Assembly: GCA_965222225.1 (NCBI GenBank)
Contig: CBDCTK010000002.1
Coordinates: 5,024,001 to 5,088,000, forward strand
Direction: 5' to 3'
DNA length: 64,000 bases
From: Candidatus Poribacteria bacterium
GTDB taxonomy: Bacteria; Poribacteria; WGA-4E; JAJDTR01
Within the stretch, counting starts at the first letter, position 1. Every line of letters starts with the position of its first letter. A program made the position numbers and the translations under genes. This document shows, one piece after another, positions 51,014 to 61,830 of this stretch. The notes beneath the pieces were generated by a model. It ran no database searches. It was not told the origin of the DNA and was given only the letters and a program-made list of their open reading frames with translations.

Positions 51014-52402
51014 TCAGAATCTCCACATGTAAACATCTCCCTGATCATCTCGCACATCTGTCCATACCACGCTGAGAACCCCGGATTCGGATCTTAGTAC
51101 GAACGGCGGATACTGTTCTCCCGGAGCCGTGCAGATTGGTACGCCATCTGCCTTCCAAGCCACCTTTCCTCCCAGATAGAACTGCTGTGCGTAAATCGCA
51201 TCGCTGCTCGCATCGCCATAGTCTTCGCGGTAGTCCAACCACGCAACCAAGAACTGATTGTCGACAGACGGCACGATGAACGGACTATCCTGATGACCGC
51301 CGGCAGTACAGATAGGTACGCCGTTGTCCTTCCACCGAACCGTCCCGAAGGCGCCGACGCGTTGCGCGTAGAGATCCGAGTAAACATCGCGTTCATCACT
51401 CCATACGGCGATGATCCCTCCGTTACCGTCGCCGGTAATTGACGCGTTTTTCTGAATTTCAGGCGCATTACAAATTCGGACGCCCTCGTCTGCCCAAAGT
51501 TTTTTGCCGTCTGGACCAATCCGTTGTGCGTACAGGTTGTCGTTGATGAAATTCTCGTAGATTTGCCATGCGACGATGAATCCGCCATCATAATCACTTA
51601 TGACGAGGGGTATTCCTTGCATACCTTCCAGCGGCGAAACAACAACCGGGGCGTCCCAAACAGGAGATCCGTTCATATTAAGCCGAAACGCCATGATGTG
51701 CCACGACTCGTACCCTATTACATCCCACCAGATGAGATAGAATCCGTTCGCGCCATCAGCGAGGAGTATGGGATCGCTCTGAAGAGAGTCGGACGGGAAA
51801 ACCGGAATTCCATTTGTTTTCCACATCGGTTGACCGCTCGAATCGAGTCGTTGAATGTACAAGTCTTGGTGTTCTGCACTCCGTCGCGCGTCCTCCCACA
51901 CAAAGATTGCACCACCGGCGCCATCACTCAGTATCGCCTGTGTGGATTGATCGGCGGTATCCGTGCAAACCGGCACGCCGTCTGTCTGCCACAGTACTTT
52001 TCCTGACAAATCAATTGCCTGGGCGTAGATATCCCAATTACTCCGGTCCCGTCGATCGTTCCAAACCGCAATCACTTGATCACGGGAGCGCACCATTCTT
52101 AGCCTGCGTTGATTCCACCCGGCAAGACAGATTGGAACCCCATCCGCTTCCCATATTAATCTGCCTGTTGCGTCTACCCGTTGCGCGTAGATATCCCAAT
52201 CCGTTCCCGTGCGGTAATCCTCCCAAGCAACGATGGCACCTCCTCTTCCGTCGCTGACCGTGCGAGGCATGAATTGTCCGTCCGGCGCAGTGCTCACCGG
52301 AATCTCTACCGCGCTTGCGGTGTGAGAAATGCCAAATAGTAGCAATATACACAGGAAGTGTGATTTGGGATAGTTGGGCAAGTTGATTGAAAGTGACTGC
52401 AT
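51014..52402 (-). CDS. Secreted repeat (beta-propeller-like) protein
   Basis: Signal peptide; about seven ~60-aa repeats of SDGxGGAIVxWEDxR...DIYAQR...G..W..dGVPIC. Confidence 0.8.
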   Translation of the reverse strand: MQSLSINLPNYPKSHFLCILLLFGISHTASAVEIPVSTAPDGQFMPRTVSDGRGGAIVAWEDYRTGTDWDIYAQRVDATGRLIWEADGVPICLAGWNQRRLRMVRSRDQVIAVWNDRRDRSNWDIYAQAIDLSGKVLWQTDGVPVCTDTADQSTQAILSDGAGGAIFVWEDARRSAEHQDLYIQRLDSSGQPMWKTNGIPVFPSDSLQSDPILLADGANGFYLIWWDVIGYESWHIMAFRLNMNGSPVWDAPVVVSPLEGMQGIPLVISDYDGGFIVAWQIYENFINDNLYAQRIGPDGKKLWADEGVRICNAPEIQKNASITGDGNGGIIAVWSDERDVYSDLYAQRVGAFGTVRWKDNGVPICTAGGHQDSPFIVPSVDNQFLVAWLDYREDYGDASSDAIYAQQFYLGGKVAWKADGVPICTAPGEQYPPFVLRSESGVLSVVWTDVRDDQGDVYMWRF

Positions 52403-52476
52403 AAATGATAATTAGTGATTTCCCTTTTGATAACACTTCCCCTTCGACATGATTTTAATATTGAACTGAGAGGTAT

Positions 52477-52965
52477 TCATAACAAATCTCGCGGATACCA
52501 CACATGCTCTAGCTTACCCACGGTTGCCCCGTCTAATTCACTCCATTGGTCAATGGGCAACGAAAAACTAGCAAGCGCAGCCGTAGGCATCGCGCAACTC
52601 CGCCCCAGCCTCGCGGCGAGGTCTTCCATACCGGGATTGTGTCCTACCACCATCACTCGCCAATAATCATCTGAAATATGGTTTAAGACTTCGATATATA
52701 TTCCAGCGGGGGCGTGGTAGAATTGTGGAGTGAACCGTATTTCACCTGCGTAGCCACACGCTTTGGCAACCCTTTTCGCCGTACTTCTCGCACGTTTCGC
52801 AGTTGAGCTGACAATCAAGTCCGGGACTAACCCTTGTTGTAGGATAAGCCTACCGACACGGGGGACATCCTGTTTGCCGCGCTTGTTGAGCGGTCGGTCA
52901 TGGTCTAGCCAACTTGCGTCCTTCCAGCTAGACTTGGCATGACGCAGAATTAGCAATGTTTTCAT
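52477..52965 (-). CDS. sixA: Phosphohistidine phosphatase SixA
   Basis: LRHAKSSW, DRPLNKRG, SSTAKRA, VGHNPG. Confidence 0.88.
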   Translation of the reverse strand: MKTLLILRHAKSSWKDASWLDHDRPLNKRGKQDVPRVGRLILQQGLVPDLIVSSTAKRARSTAKRVAKACGYAGEIRFTPQFYHAPAGIYIEVLNHISDDYWRVMVVGHNPGMEDLAARLGRSCAMPTAALASFSLPIDQWSELDGATVGKLEHVWYPRDLL

Positions 52966-53018
52966 CCGATTCCCTTCTTTGAACGACTTGAGAATTGACG
53001 GTATTCCGGCTTTAAATC

Positions 53019-56000
53019 TTACGACAACTCTTTTAGCAGTATTTCCGCTTCCTTCAAATCCGTGGCATCGAATCCCTCTGTGAACCAACTATAAACATGG
53101 GCGAGAATTTCGCTAGCTTCTGAGGTTTTTACCTTGTGCTGATGCAATCTGCCTAGACTGACTGCTGCTCGTAACTCCAGGATTTTTGCTTCCTGCCGAT
53201 GCGCGACCTGGATTGCCCGCCGAAAACAGTCTTCAGCATCGGTTTCGGGGCTGCCGTCCATCAACAGCAGTTCTCCTTTGAGCCGGTATAATTCCGCTTC
53301 GTATAGACGCTCGTCGTTTTGGGCAACGGTATCTAATGCTGCATCCAACGTCTTCAAACCTTCCGCAATTTGCCCTGCCCTTGCATACGCCTGCGCCAAG
53401 ACACCAAGATAGAACGGAAGGAATATCGCCGCACCCGTCGAACGCCATGCGTCCAATCCGCCGCATATCTCCTCAATTCCTTCCGTAAACTGTCCGTGCT
53501 TGGACAATGCCCATCCCCGCAAGATTACCCCTGCGGCACGCCACATTGGGAATCCGTGCTCCGTTGAAAGCGAGATTAATTTCTCTGCCTGTGCTTGGGC
53601 TGAGTCCGCCTCACGATGGCACTGATAGTGTAGGAAGGTTGCGAAGAATAGCGTAACCACTTGGCTGAAAGCATGCGGCAGCTCCTCAGAGATTATCTGA
53701 GCTTCCGCACTATAACGCAACGCGCGTTCCGGATATCCCAAGAACCAAAGGGTTGTAGCCGCATAACATAGACAGGTCATTCCCGGCTCTGCCATGTAGT
53801 GAAGGAAAGCATGTGATCGATGATACTGTGGCTGGTACTGGGCAATCCCTTCTTCAAGGTAAGCGTGCGCCATGGCAAGTTCCCCAAGATAGAATAACGT
53901 CGCTCCCATTGCCCGATGTGCTTCAAGCATCAGCGCCACGTCCTGTTGCTGTCTAGCAAGTGCAATACAGCGTTCACCTAGTTCGCGCGCTGAGTCCAAT
54001 TCCGCGCGCACCAAATAACTCAGCCAAAGTCCAAACAGCAACGGAAATCTTAGCAATTTCAGTTCTTCGGACGTGGTTTCGCCGATGCGCTCGGCGAGTT
54101 CTTGGGCTCTAATGTAGATTGCCGCTACCTCTGGTGCGCCATACCCTTTCGTAGCAACCATAGCAGGCCCTAGTGTGATTTGCAATACGAATTCTTGGTG
54201 CATTCGCTCTGGGGTTTCAGGCAGTGCCTTAATCAGCTCTAGCCCCTTAATTAGGTGATTTATCCCTTCCAAGTTTGCCGACCTCTCAATTGCGCGCTGT
54301 CCCGCTTGTTGCCAGTAAGAAATCGCTTGTTCGCTTTTGGCTTCCGTGAAGTGGTGTGCCAATAATTCGGGCTGTGTTTCAGCGAATTCGGGGAACTGTT
54401 CAACCAACGTTGTGGCGATTTGAAGATGATGCCACTCCCTTTTATCCTTAAGCAAGGACTGATAGGCAGTTTCTTGAATTAGGGCGTGTCTAAATCTATA
54501 TGTTACCCCGATTTGAGAAGCACCGGCTCGATCAAGAAGCTGTGCTTCCAGCAGCCGAGTTATTTCGCGTTGCAGTAGGGGTTCGCTTTGCCGCGAGATT
54601 GCCTTTAGCAGTTCATAATCTACTTCGCGTCCAAGCGTAGCTGCCAGTTGCGCAATCTCTTTCGCCGTGCCCAAGCGATCCAACCGTGCCATTAGTGAGT
54701 CGTGCAATGTGGCAGGGATGGCAAGTTGTGGCAACGAACGCGTCAACTCATAGTGGCCGTCAACCTCTTTCATCCAAGCTGACTCTAGCACCATTTTGGT
54801 CAACTCTTGAGCGAAAAGCGGAATTCCGTCAGTCTTTGACACGATTTGCTCAGTGACGGACGCAGGCAATTCCTTTCCATCTGCAACCTCAACAACCATA
54901 TCTGTCACCTGCCGCTGGGTAAGTCGATTTAGCGAAATCGACGTAAGGTGCGGTGGAACGACCCACTCCGGGGTGAAGAGCGAACGATACGCCAACAATA
55001 TAAAAACGCGGGAAGATGCGGCTCTCTCGATCAATAGAGAGATTAGTTCTAGGGTAGATGGATCAACCCAATGTAAATCTTCAACCAAAAATAGTACCGG
55101 GCGCTGGGCTGCCTTCTTCAATATAACCCTGAGTAACCCCTCCAAGGTTTTCTGCCTTTGTTGCTCCGGAGGCAGATCGGATGGCGTATAGCTATCGCCG
55201 AGTTGTAAGGAGAAAAGACGGGCGAAGAGCGGTACCATTTCATCAAGAGGCAGGCTGTATTTCGCCAAGAAATGCTCCAACTTACCTAAGTTTACCTTCG
55301 CGGAGTTCGCACGATCGAACTGCAATTCCTCTCTTTGAAAGAGTTCAACAATCGGATAAAATGGACTGTTTTGGTAATAGGATGTACAAAAACATTCCAT
55401 CAGCGTTGCGTCTGAGCGGCTCACAACATGTTGCTTCAACTCCTGAACCACACGAGATTTGCCTATTCCCGGTTCACCAGTTAAGGTAACCGCTTGTCCC
55501 TCCCCGGACGCCGCCTGTGCCCAACGTTCGATTAGAAGTTCAATCTCCTGCTCTCGGCCAACAATCGGGGCTAGTCCGGCATCGACCGTCATACGAGGGC
55601 GCCCCGTTAAGAGCGTTTCACCCAGAACTTGATACAGACGCATTGACTCGGAAATGCCTCTTAGTGACTGAACGCCCAGATCTCGGCATCCAAAGGAATC
55701 GAGCACCAATCGGTGTGTGGTAGGTCCTATTACTACGGTATTCGGCTCGGCAATCTCTTGCATTCGTGCCGCGACGTTCGGCATTTGCCCAACGACCGCC
55801 ATTGATTCCAATTCGCCGCCCTTGCTCATGTCGCCAGCAACGACCATGCCGGTGTGAATGCTTAAGCGAACGTCAAGCGTGACCTCCATTGTTTGTTGAA
55901 TACGTGTTTCAAGCTTTTCAATCGCATCTACGATTTCAAGCGCGGCGTGTACTGCACGGTGAGCGGCATCTTCGTGCGCAACCGGATATCCGAAATAGAT

Positions 56001-56309
56001 TAGAAGTCCATCTCCAAAATACCGCGCGATGTGCCCCTCAAAATGGCGCACCGCCCTTGCGCAAACTGCCTGATACTGCTGCAGTAGTCCACGAAGCTCT
56101 TCGGGATCCAATCGTTCCGCGAGTATGGTCGAACCTACAAGATCGCAGAAGAGCACGGTCAATTGACGCCGTTCTGCGTCAATCTCTTTCGATTGTTCAT
56201 CGGTCTGGTTGAGTTCAAAAGCGCTCGTCGGTGAAGCTAGAGACGAACCGCATTGTCCGCAGAACTTGAACTGTGCGGGATTCTCAAATCTGCAATTGGC
56301 GCATATCAT
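53019..56309 (-). CDS. Class III adenylate/guanylate cyclase + STAND/AAA ATPase + TPR-like repeats
   Basis: Zn ribbon, ERRQLTVLFCDLVGST, GDG, GEPGIGKSR, LVEDLHW, LMARLDRL. Confidence 0.92.
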   Translation of the reverse strand: MICANCRFENPAQFKFCGQCGSSLASPTSAFELNQTDEQSKEIDAERRQLTVLFCDLVGSTILAERLDPEELRGLLQQYQAVCARAVRHFEGHIARYFGDGLLIYFGYPVAHEDAAHRAVHAALEIVDAIEKLETRIQQTMEVTLDVRLSIHTGMVVAGDMSKGGELESMAVVGQMPNVAARMQEIAEPNTVVIGPTTHRLVLDSFGCRDLGVQSLRGISESMRLYQVLGETLLTGRPRMTVDAGLAPIVGREQEIELLIERWAQAASGEGQAVTLTGEPGIGKSRVVQELKQHVVSRSDATLMECFCTSYYQNSPFYPIVELFQREELQFDRANSAKVNLGKLEHFLAKYSLPLDEMVPLFARLFSLQLGDSYTPSDLPPEQQRQKTLEGLLRVILKKAAQRPVLFLVEDLHWVDPSTLELISLLIERAASSRVFILLAYRSLFTPEWVVPPHLTSISLNRLTQRQVTDMVVEVADGKELPASVTEQIVSKTDGIPLFAQELTKMVLESAWMKEVDGHYELTRSLPQLAIPATLHDSLMARLDRLGTAKEIAQLAATLGREVDYELLKAISRQSEPLLQREITRLLEAQLLDRAGASQIGVTYRFRHALIQETAYQSLLKDKREWHHLQIATTLVEQFPEFAETQPELLAHHFTEAKSEQAISYWQQAGQRAIERSANLEGINHLIKGLELIKALPETPERMHQEFVLQITLGPAMVATKGYGAPEVAAIYIRAQELAERIGETTSEELKLLRFPLLFGLWLSYLVRAELDSARELGERCIALARQQQDVALMLEAHRAMGATLFYLGELAMAHAYLEEGIAQYQPQYHRSHAFLHYMAEPGMTCLCYAATTLWFLGYPERALRYSAEAQIISEELPHAFSQVVTLFFATFLHYQCHREADSAQAQAEKLISLSTEHGFPMWRAAGVILRGWALSKHGQFTEGIEEICGGLDAWRSTGAAIFLPFYLGVLAQAYARAGQIAEGLKTLDAALDTVAQNDERLYEAELYRLKGELLLMDGSPETDAEDCFRRAIQVAHRQEAKILELRAAVSLGRLHQHKVKTSEASEILAHVYSWFTEGFDATDLKEAEILLKELS

Positions 56310-56435
56310 AAGTAGAATGTCGGGCTTATTTTCCAGTAAGTTTGATGGGAACAAAGACATAAACGGAGGACAGCATTATGCACCACCTTCATAGTGAACT
56401 CAGCATGCACTTGGCAGCACCGAGTTATTTCGCGC

Positions 56436-58081
56436 TCAAAATGTCTGAGGCCTAAGAATCTTTCCATTGATGTGCGTCCACTTACCCTCATCAACATGAT
56501 ACACTGCAACCTCGTTTTCAAAATCGTCATAGAATCGCACGTAAATGCCATTGGCAGAATTACTCCAGTTGGCTTGATTAGCGAAATCCTTGACTGAAAA
56601 ACCATCCGCAGGGCGCAGAATATACCACGTCTTCGATTCATCGTCCCAATCGTATCCCTCAGTTTTAAGTAATTCTTTGACTGCTGTCGTGGGTCTAGAG
56701 CCATGTCCGTATTGGTTGCCTACCCGGATGAGAATTTTCGAGGCGCACGCCGGAGGGGGATAATCCGACCATTTTAGCTTGGAGAGTTCCATGTTTTCTT
56801 CCAAATCCTCAAGAAATGGCGAAGGGTTGCCGCCCTTAGTCAAAATATACAGTTCCTCGACAGCGCGGGTCAACGCTACATAAAAAAGACGGCGTTCTTC
56901 ATCAATAATGAGACGTTCACTGTCTCCAAAAACGCGATTAAAAAACCAATTGGGGTGCACTAACGGATAGCGTCTAATGTTTGCATCAAGCACGATTACT
57001 GCATCCTTCTGAAGTCCTTTGAATTTATGAACCGTCGAGATTTTGACTTTTTTCGCATGATCACTGGACAGCCTACTGCATAACACTGCAAGAAAGCGAT
57101 CGAGTCCGCGTTTACCTGACAACATTCCCCAGTTTTCATAATTAATGCTCCAAGGCTCACTATTTATTCGGCTGAGTAGGACGACATTCTTGCCATCGTC
57201 TATAATTTTTCTCACCAGACACAATAAAGCATGGGTAGAGTAGTCTCCGAGGTTTGGGTAATTTTCATGGAGAATTCGAGCTAAAGGAAAAGTGTCAAGA
57301 TCGGCAATCACAACTTTTCCCTTAACCGTTTTGTGGGCCAGAGCAGACTTACCCCGGCCTTGCATCAATGCGTTCCCGACATCCACAACCTCCCCAACCG
57401 ATCGGTAATTTCTAATCACATGAAGTTTGCGAGAATTCTGAAACGCCTGGCAGAAATTCTTGAAAAAGTGGAGATCAGAACCAGCAAAGCTGTTTATTGC
57501 TTGCCAGTCGTCACCAACGCAGAAAAAGCGTGCATGCGTATTCTTCTCACGAATTGCTTTTGTCAGCCGATAAAAGAGTTCCGAGAAATCTTGATATTCA
57601 TCAATGAACACATATCGAACATGCTTCAGGTTACAAGTGCGAGGTCGGTGTGGAGCTATCTTTTCCTTATAGTGAAATTCCGTTTCCCCATTCTTAATGA
57701 TTTCCACAGCTCGCTGCACCAGCCCATCAAAATCTTCTTCTTCTGGTCGTTGTAAACCGTAGGCATCAAAACGTTCCAAATACGATCTGTAGAAATCTTG
57801 AACAAGATTCAAGAAATGCTCCTCGACATCGTTGATACAATTGTGGTCCTGTATTTTTTTTGAAAGTTCCGTTAAGGTTAGAGAGAGTTTTCGGCATCGT
57901 TGTATAAATCCTCTAACAACCTCTGTAAAGTCGACTATAGCGCCGCCTTTTATCTGATGCCATATCTGATTATCGCTGAGTCGAACGCACGAGATTCCCA
58001 GAGCTTCAAGGTCCTGCTTCAACAAAGCACAAAAATCGTCCTCTCCTCTTCTTACATCATGTGGAGAATAATCAAGGGGAC
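56436..58081 (-). pseudogene. UvrD/helicase IV-like helicase, N-terminus missing
   Basis: IDEYQD, VGDDWQAI, NYRS, STVHKFKGL, EERRLFYVALTRA present but no Walker A; the frame stays open up to the IS boundary at ~58082. Confidence 0.78.
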
Positions 58082-59320
58082 TTAGTAGTTAACTGCTTTT
58101 TGGTCGATTTGCTTGCTTTTCTCTTCTTAATGTACAATCATTTTAGACAGTGTTCGGAATCTTGATTCACACTAAAATACATCTCTATAAGAGAGAAATG
58201 GAGGCATATCATGTTGACCAAGCGTTTGTACATGCTCGCGGGAGCATTGCGGGTTATCTGCGGGATTTTAATTTCCAACACTATGGGATTTTCAGCACAC
58301 CATGATGTTGTCGTTGACAGAATATACCGATAGCCAAACAATTCATGTGGCTCAGGTGAAGCATTCATCAAAAAATCTTATGAAAATCTCATCATCTTTT
58401 CTGCGATTATATTTCCAGCAAGACTCCATGATATACAGTGGCAGCCACTTCTTGCTGTAGTGATGATGCGTTCCGTAGAATGACCTCTTGACACAAGCCC
58501 AAAACGACTCGATGGTGTTGGTGTGAGTTACGCCGTCCTCAGAAACATATCTCTCTTGGTGATGGATAACATGTCTTTCGATATCTTCGTCCAGACTATT
58601 GTAAGAGCGAAATTCATCAGTCATAAGAATAGACTCATCGGGTGAGACATTGCTAAGGATGAATTCTCTGATATTTTCACCAGATAGAACCTTCATGAAT
58701 TTAGCAACCACCCGACCGCCTCTCTCGACTACGCCGATGACGGGAGATTTATTTGTGCCTCTACCTCTCTTAGATTTTGCTCTGGGTTTGCCGCCGACAT
58801 AGGTTTCGTCCGCTTCAACTATCCCTTTCAGCAATTCATCACTATCACTCATTTTCTCACGGAGGCGCATTGCCATATACCAAGCGGACTTTTGATTCAT
58901 GTCCAAGTCACGAGCAAGCTGACAACTCGATATGCTTTTCTTGGCATTGGAAAGAATTGAGATAGCCAAAAACCATTTCTGGAGAGGTATCTTGGTACCA
59001 TGGAAGATGGTTCCTGCTGTAGCCGAAAAGCTAGATTCACAATCGTAGCAATTCCAACCAGTAGTAATGTCGTTTTTGTTCTTGCGTCCAACTTTTTCAC
59101 TGCCACAGTGGATACAGCAAACACCGTCCTTCCAACGTTTTTCCTCTATAAATCTGAGACAAGATTCTTGATTTGGAAACTCTTTCATAAGATTCAAAAT
59201 GTCCATAGCAAACTCCTACGAGAAGAATAGTCACTATGGACATCTACGTGTGACGAAAAGATTTACGACAGGGTACCAAGTTTTATGTTTGTCGTCAGTC
59301 TAAAAGCTACAAGCTACTAA
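58082..59320 (-). mobile_element. IS1595-family insertion sequence
   Basis: Imperfect inverted ends TTAGTAGTTAACTGCTTTT / AAAAGCTACAAGCTACTAA (14/19); both neighbouring genes are cut at these ends. Confidence 0.65.
58352..59206 (-). CDS. IS1595-family (ISXO2-like) transposase
   Basis: Zn finger, GTIFHGTK, VEADETYVGG, MTDE, HTNTIESFW. Confidence 0.92.
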   Translation of the reverse strand: MDILNLMKEFPNQESCLRFIEEKRWKDGVCCIHCGSEKVGRKNKNDITTGWNCYDCESSFSATAGTIFHGTKIPLQKWFLAISILSNAKKSISSCQLARDLDMNQKSAWYMAMRLREKMSDSDELLKGIVEADETYVGGKPRAKSKRGRGTNKSPVIGVVERGGRVVAKFMKVLSGENIREFILSNVSPDESILMTDEFRSYNSLDEDIERHVIHHQERYVSEDGVTHTNTIESFWACVKRSFYGTHHHYSKKWLPLYIMESCWKYNRRKDDEIFIRFFDECFT

Positions 59321-59838
59321 TTCCGTGCAAGTTTAATCACGACACCGGCTAACTTGAGGCTCGGTAGGGCTATGATTCGCCGGGCAATCTCCAAAGTTTC
59401 GAGTGACGTCTTCGGTCGTTTTTTATTTCCATTATCATCGATTTCCATGAGAATTAACGTTTGCAAACCCATCCGCTCGGAAAGTCGGGAAATTTCATTG
59501 ACGGCAGCTAGTGAATCTGCGGCCAAATGAACCTCAAGATGCTTCGCTAGATTTAGCATGCTTTCTAACTCTCTGACGTTAAGAACACTGCGTGGGATAA
59601 GAATGTCAGTGAAACCCGCATCGGCAAATCCCTGACCCTCGCTCAGCGTCCGGCAGGAGATTCCGCAAGCCCTGACCACTATCTGTTTGCAAGCAATCAT
59701 CGGTATTTTGTGGCAGCCGACATCAACCCGCAGATTAACCTGATGTGCGCGACAGTAATCCGCCATACGTTCTATATTGGCGTTTAAGACGGGCTGCTCA
59801 ATTAGTAGTGCAGGGGTTTCAAGTTCGCCAATCCGCAT
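59317..59838 (-). pseudogene. C-terminally truncated D-threonine aldolase/DSD1-like PLP enzyme (alanine racemase barrel)
   Basis: LETPALLI...NIERM...NLR....HK; only 173 aa; the stop is supplied by the IS end. Confidence 0.72.
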
Positions 59839-59964
59839 AATTCTCGCAATGTTCCTGGATCTAAGCTGTTGCGCGGGGGCTACCTTCGTTATGTGAAATT
59901 TCTATTGCAGGTGTAAGCGTATTGTGATAAAATGGCGCCAAATATAGATGGCGGAGGCATCCCT

Positions 59965-60417
59965 TTGAAAGAGATGACGCATCGACAATCCGGTCTGACA
60001 TCCACACAGATACTCATTGTTCTCGTTGTAATCGGCATCGTGGCGGCGGTAATTCTAGCCCCCAGATTGCTGGGTCAAGCTGGCAAGGCGCAACAAGCCC
60101 AGGCCGTCGAAGAGATCGAAAAAATCGGCATCGCGCTTGACCGCTACGCTAAAGATAACGGGGATTACCCATCAACAGAGCAGGGGTTGGCTGCACTTTG
60201 GGAGAAACCTGAAGAACCACCTCTTCCCATTGATTGGAAGGGTCCCTACCTACAAATCCCAATCACAAAAGACCCGTGGGGAAACGAGTACGTTTACATT
60301 CGACCAGGTATTCATGACAGATACGGATATGATTTGATTTCATTTGGCAGTGACGGGCGAGAAGGCGGGACTGGTGATGCCGAAGAGATTGTAAGTTGGA
60401 TTCGCCCGGACGAATAG
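59965..60417 (+). CDS. gspG: Type II secretion major pseudopilin GspG
   Basis: Hydrophobic N-helix, YPSTEQGLAAL, WKGPYL, DPWGNEY, SFGSDGREGG. Confidence 0.88.
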   Translation: MKEMTHRQSGLTSTQILIVLVVIGIVAAVILAPRLLGQAGKAQQAQAVEEIEKIGIALDRYAKDNGDYPSTEQGLAALWEKPEEPPLPIDWKGPYLQIPITKDPWGNEYVYIRPGIHDRYGYDLISFGSDGREGGTGDAEEIVSWIRPDE

Positions 60418-60487
60418 GGTTGCATTCGAAAGCCAAAACCTTGGCAATTCGGCTGACGTACCTCGCAGAACACTTGCGGATGAGAAT

Positions 60488-61207
60488 TTAATGAGGGCGT
60501 GCGGCGGCGAGTGCCGATTGTAGATCAAGATCTCCGGTATATAACGCTCTGCCAATTATCGCCCCGCTTGCGCCGATAGATTTGAGGGTTTTTAGGTCCT
60601 CGCCTGATGTAATTCCCCCCGAAGCAACAACATCGATCTCGACTGCCTCCACAACCGCCCGCGTAGCCTCCATATTGGGCCCCTTAAGCATACCGTCACT
60701 CTTGATGTCCGTGTAGATAATCGTGAGGACGCCCAGATTCTGCATTTCTTTGGCGAACTCAATCGCCGGTTTGTGCGAGACTTTAAGCCAACCCTCCGTT
60801 GCCACCAATTCATCTTTGGCATCGATTCCTACAGCAATTTGCGCACCGTATTTGCGACACGCACGCTCCACCAACACCGGGTTCTTGAGGGCTGCCGTGC
60901 CTAGAATGGCTCGCGAAACGCCGAGATTCACAACCAGATCCAACCGTTCGAGCGTCCGGATTCCTCCGCCCAGTTGTACGGGAATCTGAATTGCCTCAAC
61001 GATTTCTCTGACTATTTGCAGATTTGCTGACGTACCGTGAAATGCGCCATCAAGATCGACGAGATGGAGATACTCCGCGCCTTCCGCCTCCCAGCGTTTC
61101 GCCATTTCTATCGGCTGATCCGAAAAGATTGTTTCCTCTTCTGCGCGACCCTGAACGAGATTGACGCATTTTCCATTCCGTAAATCGATTGCGGGCAAAA
61201 TGAGCAT
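60488..61207 (-). CDS. hisA: ProFAR isomerase HisA
   Basis: ILPAIDL..GKCV, LHLVDLDGA, GGGIR, TDIKSDGML.GPN, ASGG. Confidence 0.95.
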   Translation of the reverse strand: MLILPAIDLRNGKCVNLVQGRAEEETIFSDQPIEMAKRWEAEGAEYLHLVDLDGAFHGTSANLQIVREIVEAIQIPVQLGGGIRTLERLDLVVNLGVSRAILGTAALKNPVLVERACRKYGAQIAVGIDAKDELVATEGWLKVSHKPAIEFAKEMQNLGVLTIIYTDIKSDGMLKGPNMEATRAVVEAVEIDVVASGGITSGEDLKTLKSIGASGAIIGRALYTGDLDLQSALAAARPH

Positions 61208-61339
61208 GATTGGTGACTTCGCTTTCCTCAATTCGGCTTGACATGCAACCTGCTGGTCGCTAAAATATATCAAACTTACCTGCTTATTACAATAAATAAA
61301 CTACGAAAATCCCGTGGCAACGAGGAGGAAGGGACATAA

Positions 61340-61699
61340 ATGCCCACGTACGATTATCAGTGTCGTGATTGTGGAATAAAGTTCGAGTTATTTCAAAGCA
61401 TGACCGAGGACCCGATTCAGGAATGCCCTCACTGTCATGGCAAGGTCAAGCGGTTGATTGGCGCCGGGGCAGGGTTGATTTTTAAAGGATCGGGTTTCTA
61501 CAGCACGGACTATCGAGGCGATGGCTACAAGGAAGCGGAGAAAAAGGACAAAGCGCCTTCTTCGGGTGAAGGAGGCAAGAGTGACGAGAAGAAAAAGGGA
61601 GGAGACAAAAAGTCTGGCGGGGACGCGAAATCGGACAGCGGGAAAAGTTCAAAAAGTAGTGAATCCAAAAGCAGTTCAGCGGCTAGCAGTGATTCGTAA
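61340..61699 (+). CDS. FmdB-family zinc-ribbon protein
   Basis: MPTYDYQC..C, CPHC, FKGSGFYSTDY, low-complexity tail. Confidence 0.9.
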   Translation: MPTYDYQCRDCGIKFELFQSMTEDPIQECPHCHGKVKRLIGAGAGLIFKGSGFYSTDYRGDGYKEAEKKDKAPSSGEGGKSDEKKKGGDKKSGGDAKSDSGKSSKSSESKSSSAASSDS

Positions 61700-61830
61700 T
61701 CAGGATGAGCAATCGGCGTCGACTTTGGAAAGAATGTGTTAAAGCGTCGCCGCCATGAATCATGTATGCCTTACGCGCCCGATAGTATTGATTCACGAAC
61801 ATAGCCAAACGTATTTAGGGGAGATTCATA

